Below, in pieces: positions 7,552-14,646 of a stretch of 32,000 bases of DNA (within the stretch, counting starts at the first letter, position 1; every line of letters starts with the position of its first letter). The notes beneath the pieces were generated by a model. It was not told the origin of the DNA, did no database searches, and was given only the letters and a program-made list of their open reading frames with translations. The stretch is from Aeropyrum pernix K1 (lineage in GTDB: Archaea; Thermoproteota; Thermoprotei_A; Sulfolobales; Acidilobaceae). Position numbers and translations under genes: made by a program. The stretch covers positions 480,001-512,000 of the forward strand of contig NC_000854.2 in NCBI RefSeq assembly GCF_000011125.1, given 5' to 3'.

Positions 7552-8331
7552 CTAGGGTGCTATGAGCTCGTCTAGATGCTCCAGCTCGTATCTTGCTACA
7601 TCGTCTAGCTCTTTCACAACCATCCTCTCCCACTCGCTCCCCTCATACATCCTCCTCACGTGCTCCCACCTCGCCATATCCTCCCTCGCAATCTCCTCCA
7701 ACGTCTTGCCCAGGGCTTCCTTAACCAGGCTCTTGGCATAGTAGTAGCCTAGAGACCAGTCTATGAGCTCCTTCCAGTCGTACTGATACGGGTCCACCCC
7801 CTTCTCCCTAGCCCTGTCGTGTATAGCCTTTGCTAGTGCTAGAGCCGTGATGTAAGTCCAGACCCTATCCTTTCCTCGTTTGTAGCGTTTGGGTATCCAA
7901 TCCCAGACATCCTCGGCTAGCCTTCTAATGGCAGGGCTCCTAACCCATGTCCGTCTAGCCCTCTTGACAGCCTGGGCCAGAGTCTTGGCCGCTATCGCCC
8001 TGGCTAGGGCCCTCCTGGCATCCCTACTCTTAAGACCCGACTTTCTGGCTAGGCGGGCCGCTCCCTTGACAGCCCCCTGCTTAACCCCGTTTTTGAGCCT
8101 CCTAACGGTCTTAGCCAGGTCGTGGGTGTGCCTCCAGGCCCCCCTGCCTACCCTCTTGCCGCGTCTTTTGTCGAGGTGGGGTGTGTGCTTTGAGATGTGA
8201 TTCCTGGAGCGGGCGTAGTAGTAGCCTGGGCCAGTCCAAGCCTTCTCGCAGGCCCTCCTGCTGTAGCCCCTCTCCTCGCACCATTTGAGTAGCTGCTTCT
8301 TGGTGTTGAACTTGTAGAGCTTGGTGACCAA
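7552..8331 (-). CDS. Basic viral hypothetical protein (candidate nucleoprotein)
   Basis: 259 aa; highly basic first half (HLDKRRGKRVGRGAWRHTHDLAKTVRRLKNGVKQGAVKGAARLARKSGLKSRDARRALARA); acidic C-terminus. Confidence 0.65.
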   Translation of the reverse strand: MVTKLYKFNTKKQLLKWCEERGYSRRACEKAWTGPGYYYARSRNHISKHTPHLDKRRGKRVGRGAWRHTHDLAKTVRRLKNGVKQGAVKGAARLARKSGLKSRDARRALARAIAAKTLAQAVKRARRTWVRSPAIRRLAEDVWDWIPKRYKRGKDRVWTYITALALAKAIHDRAREKGVDPYQYDWKELIDWSLGYYYAKSLVKEALGKTLEEIAREDMARWEHVRRMYEGSEWERMVVKELDDVARYELEHLDELIAP

Positions 8332-8395
8332 GGCCGCCCCCAGGCTGTATTGGGGTCTCTATGCTGGTGGTGTTTCTAACGTTTTCAAGGCGGCT

Positions 8396-9571
8396 CTAGA
8401 AGACTATGTCTATCAGCGTCTTTATCAGCTCAACGGCTTTTGCCGCCAGGCTGGCGCTCGCCTCGAGGGCTGCCTTGGCTATGCCGAAGAGCCCCATAAG
8501 TATCCTGTAGTTCCTGTAGAAGAAGTCCACAACAGGCTCGACGCTAGTTTCCTCGACAGTCCTGAATATGCTAGACAGCAGCCACAGGCTCCATAGGACA
8601 CCAGCATACGGCAGGAATACTAGCGTCCCCTGGACGGCCAGGGGGGCTACCGTCATTATCACGTTTACCAGCGTTCTTACGCCCCCCCAGCCCTTTATAT
8701 ACGTCTCGGTGCGGGGCTCGCTAACCTTTTCATATGCTGTACCCCACTCCGTCCAGACTATCCTGACATGCCAGGGCGTGTATGTTAGCTCGCTGACGAC
8801 AATCTCATACGTCCCAGGGCCCTGGAAAGTCAGGAACGCATCCCTGGAGACCTTATCGAGAACACCGTCACCGTTAGTATCCGCTGCTATATGGGCGTAG
8901 AACTCTGTGCCAAGCTGGAGGCCGTCCAGGTAGAACTTCACCCTCACCCCACTCTCCTGAGGCTCAACCGACAGGACCTTAAGCTCTACGAGGCTGCTAC
9001 AGTCTATCTGGTCGGCCATGATCTGGAACACGGGGTCTGGATAGCTCCCTGGGTCGTAGGGCTCCCAGCTGCCGTCGCCGTTGGAGTCCCATATCCTGAC
9101 CATCTTCAGGTTGGGCACCGTATCCTCGCCAGTTATCTTGATCGAATAGTATTCGTCCAGGCTGGGTGTGCCATTAGGCTTGGAGACTATCATTAGGGCG
9201 TAGTACTTGTCCGCCGCCAGGCTCTGGCTCAGGCTTATTATGACAGCCTCGTCGTAGGTCGGTATATACTCGGCCTGGTGCAGCAGGTTGTAGGGTATAC
9301 CGTCGAAGGTGCCAGCAGCCACTGGATCCTGGCTGTACTCCCTCAGCTCCACCTGGATGGCCCACCCGTCGTCGTCATACGCCTTGAAGACTATCTGCAC
9401 GTTCCCAGCGAAGCTGCAGCCCCACCAAAGTATAGCCATAGCCTTGTGGAGCTTGTAGTAGCTGCCTGGCGGCTCTCCAGGCCCCCAGGCTGAGAGTGCC
9501 CTTGCATCGGTAGCTAGCCCTGGGAGCAGGAGTAGGAGCAGCAGCCCCGCCAGGAAGCCCCGACTCACCAT
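8396..9571 (-). CDS. Exported membrane-anchored viral protein (candidate virion protein)
   Basis: 391 aa; signal peptide MVSRGFLAGLLLLLLLPGLATDARA; beta-rich region with DTNGDGVLDK; C-terminal TM segments VNVIMTVAPLAVQGTLVFLPYAGVLWSLWLL. Confidence 0.7.
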   Translation of the reverse strand: MVSRGFLAGLLLLLLLPGLATDARALSAWGPGEPPGSYYKLHKAMAILWWGCSFAGNVQIVFKAYDDDGWAIQVELREYSQDPVAAGTFDGIPYNLLHQAEYIPTYDEAVIISLSQSLAADKYYALMIVSKPNGTPSLDEYYSIKITGEDTVPNLKMVRIWDSNGDGSWEPYDPGSYPDPVFQIMADQIDCSSLVELKVLSVEPQESGVRVKFYLDGLQLGTEFYAHIAADTNGDGVLDKVSRDAFLTFQGPGTYEIVVSELTYTPWHVRIVWTEWGTAYEKVSEPRTETYIKGWGGVRTLVNVIMTVAPLAVQGTLVFLPYAGVLWSLWLLSSIFRTVEETSVEPVVDFFYRNYRILMGLFGIAKAALEASASLAAKAVELIKTLIDIVF

Positions 9572-9627
9572 GATTCCGTAACCATCATTTCAATTACCCA
9601 ATCAACTATTGTCTCGGTAGCGGAGTC

Positions 9628-10233
9628 ATGGCTGCTTATGGCCTCCCAAGTGTGGACGAGCTGGCTGTAATCGCTCTGCTCCTCTCAATAGGGCTCCTAG
9701 CTGTGATAATGGGGGCAATTATAGGGGAGAGCCTGGCCAGGGCATCTGGTGTAGGGGGGAGGAGGCCTAGGCCAGCAGTTCTCCTTGTAAAGTCGCCGCT
9801 AGAGGTCGAGCTGAAGGATAGGGTTATCGAGACTACGAGAGGCGACCTGATAGTCAGGGACGGCAAGGAGCTACTGGTATACAGGAAGCCAGAGGGGGTT
9901 AAGCCTGTCGAGGTCAGGCTTGGTAGGAAGACTGTGAAGGCGTACCTAGTTGACTCCAAGAGGGAGGTGTTCTACACGATACCAGAGAAGGTTGAGGCTC
10001 GCGTTGGGGATGGGAGCGTTAAGCTCCACCCTGCTATGGTGGACCCAAAGACGCTGGCCGAGTACATAGCCAGCAAGAGCCTGGAGAAGCTACTAAAGCC
10101 GATGAGGGTTGGCAGCCTCGAGGCTGTGCTCTACATGGCTCTAGGCGGCCTTATGGTGCTGCTCATGATATTCTTCGTCCTCCCAATGCTAGGCTACCAG
10201 GTCAGCATAGGCGGGGGTGGCGTGTTTGGCTAG
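9628..10233 (+). CDS. Viral membrane protein with N- and C-terminal TM segments
   Basis: 201 aa; LAVIALLLSIGLLAVIMGAIIG and AVLYMALGGLMVLLMIFFVLPML flank a soluble beta-rich domain. Confidence 0.65.
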   Translation: MAAYGLPSVDELAVIALLLSIGLLAVIMGAIIGESLARASGVGGRRPRPAVLLVKSPLEVELKDRVIETTRGDLIVRDGKELLVYRKPEGVKPVEVRLGRKTVKAYLVDSKREVFYTIPEKVEARVGDGSVKLHPAMVDPKTLAEYIASKSLEKLLKPMRVGSLEAVLYMALGGLMVLLMIFFVLPMLGYQVSIGGGGVFG

Positions 10234-10624
10234 TAGAAGGAAGGGCGAGGGTCGGGAGGAGGCTCTGCCGCTGGTAGACCCCTTCGAGGAGGATATAGAC
10301 TGGGAAGCTGCTGCGGAAGACGAGGTAACTGGGGCCCACAAGATTGCTATACAGCTTCTAGCGGCCCCGAAGGGTAGGGCTAAGCTCACCCTCTCAGACC
10401 TCTCTGGAGGCGAGGTAAGGGCTATAGCAACTCTCAGGTCGATAGCCCAGGTGATACCAGATCCTGTTATGCTGGCGTACATAGACAACTACCTTTTGCT
10501 CAAGAGGAGCCAGAAGCGGCAGGGCGTCAAGGAGATCCTGGCCATAGTCGGGGCTAAGGGGCTGCGCGTACTGCAGGCGATACGCCTAGGCAGAACCAGG
10601 ACAGTAAGGGAGGAGGAGTTCTAG
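10217..10624 (+). CDS. Viral hypothetical protein
   Basis: 135 aa ORF overlapping the 3' end of 9628..10233; KLTLSDLSGGEVRAIATLRSIAQVIPDPVMLAYIDNYLLLKRS. Confidence 0.65.
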   Translation: MACLASRRKGEGREEALPLVDPFEEDIDWEAAAEDEVTGAHKIAIQLLAAPKGRAKLTLSDLSGGEVRAIATLRSIAQVIPDPVMLAYIDNYLLLKRSQKRQGVKEILAIVGAKGLRVLQAIRLGRTRTVREEEF

Positions 10625-10640
10625 TCTGGAGGTGGATTAG

Positions 10641-11384
10641 ATGGGGGGTACCCCCGCCCTAGAAGAGTCCAAGGTCAAGGGCAACCTAGCGAGGCTACTG
10701 TGGAAGGAGATGAAGGAGCAGGACAGTAGCAGCGTGGTAGTGGCATTCGGGAGGACGGGAGCGGGTAAGAGCCAGTACGCCATGAAGGTCTCACACCAGT
10801 TCTACGGGGATTGGAGGGAGGTGCTCAGGCGGCTCGTGTTCACTCCCTTCGACTTCCAGAGGGCCATAGAAGAGCTTGATGCCCGTGATGAATGGATACC
10901 TGTCTTGGTATGGGATGATGCGGGGCCCTGGCTGGAGCTTTTGAAGCGTAACAGCTGGCACCCCCTGGCTATCGGGGTTAGGGGGGCTTTCGAGACCGCC
11001 AGGGTCAGGGTGGGGGCTATACTCCTGACTATGACCACGGACAGGAGCCTCCCTAGGAGCATAGCATACGACGGGTACCTCTACAAGTTCAGGGCCAAGC
11101 TCGTCAAGTGGGGCAGCCAGGGGGACGGGAAGCCAAAGAGCGTGGCTAGGATCCAGGTGAGGAGGGAGCGGGAGAGCGAGTGGGGCAAGTTCTACTGGGA
11201 GGAGGCCTATAGGGACTGGGTAACCCTGAACGTGCCAGTCTACGGGGAGTACCTGGAGCTGAGGAAGAGGTTCCTCAGGCTCTACAACAAGCTGATAAGG
11301 GAGGCCCCCAGGCTGGGGCCCAGGCAGGCCCTAGAGTTCATAGCGCGGGAGTGGGAGAGGATGAGGAGTGGAGGCGAGGGCTAG
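10641..11384 (+). CDS. P-loop NTPase (viral ATPase, possibly packaging or morphogenesis)
   Basis: Walker A FGRTGAGKS, Walker B-like VLVWDD, followed by GAILLTMTTD. Confidence 0.8.
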   Translation: MGGTPALEESKVKGNLARLLWKEMKEQDSSSVVVAFGRTGAGKSQYAMKVSHQFYGDWREVLRRLVFTPFDFQRAIEELDARDEWIPVLVWDDAGPWLELLKRNSWHPLAIGVRGAFETARVRVGAILLTMTTDRSLPRSIAYDGYLYKFRAKLVKWGSQGDGKPKSVARIQVRRERESEWGKFYWEEAYRDWVTLNVPVYGEYLELRKRFLRLYNKLIREAPRLGPRQALEFIAREWERMRSGGEG

Positions 11385-11670
11385 GCTCGCCTGGCTGCTA
11401 TGGCTGCTACTGCTGCAGGCCCTGGACGCTGCTACAACGGTTCTAGCCGTCAGGGCTGGGGCAGTCGAGCTTAACCCCCTGGTTAGGCTGTTGCTTGAGA
11501 GCCCTTGGGCGCTGCTTACTGCTAAGCTGCTAGCAGGGTGGGCTGTCTGGCTACTTGCTGGAGGCTCTAGGGCTGCTATGCTCCTAGTCTCGGCCCTCTA
11601 CATTCAAGCGGTAGCAGCTAACACGCTCAGCCTGCTTAAATCATGGGTAGTTTTAAGCAGCATGTTTTAA
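11368..11670 (+). CDS. DUF5658-like small membrane protein
   Basis: 100 aa; QALDAATTVLAVRAGAVELNPLVRLLLESP followed by TM segments (LDAxxT..G..ExNP pattern). Confidence 0.6.
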   Translation: MEARARLAWLLWLLLLQALDAATTVLAVRAGAVELNPLVRLLLESPWALLTAKLLAGWAVWLLAGGSRAAMLLVSALYIQAVAANTLSLLKSWVVLSSMF

Positions 11671-12017
11671 GCAAATGGAGATGCATGTGGGGTGAACCCC
11701 TCTTGTATGGAGCTGGAGACTCGACTGTAACATTGGTGCCTAAACCCTTGTACGTGTACGTCCACACCGTCAAGAGCAAGGGCAGGATATACCAGTACCT
11801 CGTCGTAGAGGAGTACCTCGGCCAAGGCAGGCGTAGAACCATCCTCAGGATGCGCCTCGAAGAAGCCGTAAGGAAGCTGCTAAACAATGAAAAGAAGGAC
11901 AGCGCCGAAACCGCAGGGTGGTGCGGGGGGTGGGATTTGAACCCACGCAGGCCTACGCCAACGGGTCTTAAGCCCGCCCCCTTTGGCCAGGCTCGGGCAC
12001 CCCCGCACCATAGGTAA
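11643..12017 (+). CDS. SSV-type integrase, N-terminal fragment int(N), ending inside and just past the tRNA-Leu gene
   Basis: RIYQYLVVEEYLGQGRRRTILRMRLEEAVRKLL, then tRNA-derived tail GWCGGWDLNPRRPTPTGLKPAPFGQARAPPHHR. No R-H-R-Y catalytic domain, as expected for the split N-part of an integrated SSV-type integrase. Confidence 0.75.
   Translation: MGSFKQHVLSKWRCMWGEPLLYGAGDSTVTLVPKPLYVYVHTVKSKGRIYQYLVVEEYLGQGRRRTILRMRLEEAVRKLLNNEKKDSAETAGWCGGWDLNPRRPTPTGLKPAPFGQARAPPHHR
11919..12006 (-). tRNA. tRNA-Leu (anticodon UAA), CCA encoded; provirus attachment site
   Basis: Reverse complement GCGGGGGTGCCCGAGCCTGGCCAAAGGGGGCGGGCTTAAGACCCGTTGGCGTAGGCCTGCGTGGGTTCAAATCCCACCCCCCGCACCA: 7-bp acceptor GCGGGGG/CCCCCGC, T-arm GTGGG-TTCAAAT-CCCAC, anticodon loop CTTAAGA, long variable arm. 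Confidence 0.95.
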
Positions 12018-12097
12018 GTATTTCTCCCCGGGTCTGGCTAAAAATACTCGCCGCGTTAGCAGGTGATTATTGGGTTACGTGGCTAGGGTGGTTTTGC

Positions 12098-13135
12098 GTG
12101 TCTCAGGAGTCCTGTCTAGGGCCCGCCGCTTCTAGGCTTCTGGATGAGGAGCTAGCCGCCCTGGCGGGGGATATTGACAGGGAGAACAGGGTTCCCGATA
12201 GCCTCATCGAGAAGGCTGCTGCGGAGGGGCTTTTCGACATAGGGAGTGTGGAATGCCTGCTGCAGGCTGTGAGGCGCGCGTCGAGGTTTAGCAGGGGGTT
12301 TGCCCACGTCCTCCTAGTACACGGTAGCTGCAGGCTGGCCGTTGGCGGGGAGGGGAGGGTGTACGCCCTCGGCATAACCGAGGCTGGAGGAGGGACTGAT
12401 GTGAGGGCTAACATAGCAACTAGGGCCGAGGAGCTGGGCGGCGGCTCCTACAGGCTAGAGGGCATGAAATACTTCACTAGTAACGCCCTATACGCCTCCC
12501 ACTTCGTCGTTCTCGCACTCGCTGGTGAGGAGCCGGCGCTCTTCCTGTGCGAGAAGCAGCCTAGGATCAGGGTCGAGCCGCTGGACCTATCGGGCTTCAG
12601 GGGCTCTGGAGTTGGGAAGGTCGTCTTCGACGGAGCAGTCTGCGAGAGGCTGACGGAGCCTGGGGTAGACGGGGTTAGGGCGGCTCTGGGCTATATAAAC
12701 GTTGGCAGGCTCGGTTACGCCTCCCTAGCCCTCGGCATAGCGGATAGGGCTATAGAGGTTATCGTGGAGGCTGCTTCCTCCAAGAGAGTATTCGGCAAAC
12801 GCCTGCTAGACTACCAGGGTGTGCAGTGGAGGATAGCCTCAATAGCGGCGCGCAGGGCGGCGCTCGAGAGCCTGGTGGTCTCAGCCCTTGATGGGGGAGG
12901 CAGGGTGGACCCTGAGAAGGCTGCTATGGCTAAGGTGCTAGGCGGCGAGCTGGCGCTCGAGGCGGCCTGGTCGGCGGTTCAGATACTAGGGGGCAGGGGT
13001 TTGGCCATGTGGGGTGAAGCGGAGAGGATGTACAGGGATGCTAAGGTTATTGACATAGGCGAGGGGGCGAAGGAGGTGCTCATGGACTACATAGCGGGTA
13101 GGACCGTTAAAAAAGTGCTGGGAAGCCGCGGCTAG
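12098..13135 (+). CDS. Acyl-CoA dehydrogenase family protein
   Basis: ITEAGGGTDVRA, FTSNALYASHFVV, GRLGYASLALGIADRAIE, KRVFGKRLLDYQGVQWRIA, QILGGRGLAMWGEAERMYRDAKVIDIGEG. Confidence 0.9.
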   Translation: MSQESCLGPAASRLLDEELAALAGDIDRENRVPDSLIEKAAAEGLFDIGSVECLLQAVRRASRFSRGFAHVLLVHGSCRLAVGGEGRVYALGITEAGGGTDVRANIATRAEELGGGSYRLEGMKYFTSNALYASHFVVLALAGEEPALFLCEKQPRIRVEPLDLSGFRGSGVGKVVFDGAVCERLTEPGVDGVRAALGYINVGRLGYASLALGIADRAIEVIVEAASSKRVFGKRLLDYQGVQWRIASIAARRAALESLVVSALDGGGRVDPEKAAMAKVLGGELALEAAWSAVQILGGRGLAMWGEAERMYRDAKVIDIGEGAKEVLMDYIAGRTVKKVLGSRG

Positions 13136-13142
13136 TGGGGAG

Positions 13143-13787
13143 CTACTGGGGGAGCAGGTAGAGGGGCTTCGCGTTGTTTAGAGCCTGCTCCAGCCTCTTC
13201 TCAACGTCGTCCCAGTTGACCACGTTCCACCAGTTCTCGACGTAGCTGCCCCTGTCGTTCTTGTACTGGAGGTAGTAGGCGTGCTCCCACACGTCAATAA
13301 CTAGTATGGGCACAAGGCCCGCCGTCATGAGGACGTTGTGCTTCTCCACCTGCAGTATCCTGAGCTCCTCTGTCAGAGGGTCGAACGCGAGCACGCCCCA
13401 CCCGACGCCCTCCACCGTCTTCGCAGCGGCGCTGAAGAGGGCCTTGAACTTCTCGAAGCCGCCGAACTGCTTCTCTATGAGGTCAGCCACCCTGCCGCCA
13501 GGTGTTCCACCGCCCTTGCCGGGCGGGGCCATGTTGGGCCAGAATATGGTGTGCATTATGTGGCCTGCGTAGTTGAAGCTGAAGTCCCTCATGACAGCCC
13601 TAACGTCTATCTGTATCTCGCCCTTGAGATGCTTCTCTATCTTCTCGAGTGCGGCGTTAGCCCCTTTGACATACGTGTTGTGATGCTTCTGGTGGTGCAG
13701 CTTCATTATCTCCTCTATAATGTAGGGCTCCAGGGCGTTGTAGTTGTAGGGTAGCGGGGGGAGCTCGTACCTCTTAAAGCTCACCAT
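13143..13787 (-). CDS. sod: Superoxide dismutase (Fe/Mn type)
   Basis: YELPPLPYNYNALEPYIIEEIMKLHHQKHHNTYVKGAN ... GWGVLAFD ... VLVIDVWEHAYYLQYKNDRGSYVENWWNVVNWDDV (my reading of the ORF; the metal-binding DVWEHAYY motif is unambiguous). Confidence 0.98.
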   Translation of the reverse strand: MVSFKRYELPPLPYNYNALEPYIIEEIMKLHHQKHHNTYVKGANAALEKIEKHLKGEIQIDVRAVMRDFSFNYAGHIMHTIFWPNMAPPGKGGGTPGGRVADLIEKQFGGFEKFKALFSAAAKTVEGVGWGVLAFDPLTEELRILQVEKHNVLMTAGLVPILVIDVWEHAYYLQYKNDRGSYVENWWNVVNWDDVEKRLEQALNNAKPLYLLPQ

Positions 13788-13932
13788 TCCAACTCACCTT
13801 CTCGAACCGTGGGTAATAGTATGTTAACGGAGTTAAAGAATAGTTTAATAGTTAGGATAAATATTTCGGGCGCCAGTTTAAGAGCAGGCGCTATTTAAAA
13901 CGCTTGGGCGGCCGCTAGCGCTACGGCAGGCC

Positions 13933-14244
13933 TTACCCCTCACCCGCAGCCATGGATACCTGTACGTGCTTCACCGTGAGCAGCCTTCCCAGCGGGTAGT
14001 TATTCTCCTGCAGCACATCCTCTACAGCCCTCCTGACATCGGTCAGCTTCTCGACCGAGCCCGAGAAGATGTCTACATCGGTTATCGGCAGCCTGGACGG
14101 CTGCGCTATGAAGCTGTTTATACGAACCTCAGTATCCCCGCCGAGGACCTCCATAAGCTTCTCGGCAAGGGCCTTGAGGAAAGACAGCCTCCACCTCCTC
14201 CCAACAAGCCTGACTCTTATCACCGTGATTATCTGCTCCGACAT
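13933..14244 (-). CDS. Conserved hypothetical protein
   Basis: 103 aa intact ORF. Confidence 0.5.
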   Translation of the reverse strand: MSEQIITVIRVRLVGRRWRLSFLKALAEKLMEVLGGDTEVRINSFIAQPSRLPITDVDIFSGSVEKLTDVRRAVEDVLQENNYPLGRLLTVKHVQVSMAAGEG

Positions 14245-14406
14245 ACCTCACTCACCATAAAGGAATATGACCCTTCTATCAACGCTCATTATCTATATAT
14301 AGGCATTATTAATATTTATTTGTAAACCCGCGCCACCCTCTAAAACTATGCAGACACTATATATAGGATTTATTTATAACTCTGGATTTAATAATAGCGC
14401 CCCTCT

Positions 14407-14535
14407 ATGAAAAGCCTTCCCCGCCGGACACTCACGAGGACTTTGGCGGCGGGCCTCGCTACCCCAGAGCCAGTCATCAACCTCCTCCTGGGCACGACTG
14501 GCTTCATAGGCCCGCCAGGAACCGGCTCTCGCTAA
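14407..14535 (+). CDS. Possible 42-aa small protein
   Basis: ATG-initiated MKSLPRRTLTRTLAAGLATPEPVINLLLGTTGFIGPPGTGSR*; preceded by TTTAATAATA at a spacing compatible with a leaderless transcript. Confidence 0.3.
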   Translation: MKSLPRRTLTRTLAAGLATPEPVINLLLGTTGFIGPPGTGSR

Positions 14536-14646
14536 TTAGTTTTCACGCCAACATCTATATGCTTCTACCATCCTCCGGGATCTCCGGCTGGCCCTGGCCC
14601 CTAACTCTTATACCCTTAGGCTCCCTTTTCAATTCTCTGGGTAGAC

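Larger units (their letters stand above)
1..12006. mobile_element. Integrated virus/provirus, right-hand part (left end off-window); APOV1-like (inference)
   Basis: Right boundary is a tRNA-Leu whose 3' part is overlapped by the last codons of an integrase N-terminal-like ORF (11643..12017), the signature of SSV-type tRNA integration. The interior is densely packed with HTH regulators, signal-peptide/TM proteins, basic proteins and a P-loop ATPase, with no housekeeping genes. Confidence 0.85.

Noticed and set aside
1-12006. Transposases or IS elements
   Set aside because: No DDE, HUH or TnpB-like motifs and no flanking inverted repeats were recognised in any ORF.
1-12017. Full-length tyrosine recombinase inside the window
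   Set aside because: No ORF shows the R..HxxR..Y catalytic set; only the N-terminal-like fragment at 11643 is present.
13306-13754. Plus-strand ORFs antisense to SOD (88 and 138 aa)
   Set aside because: Shadow ORFs opposite an unambiguous SOD gene, typical of GC-rich DNA.
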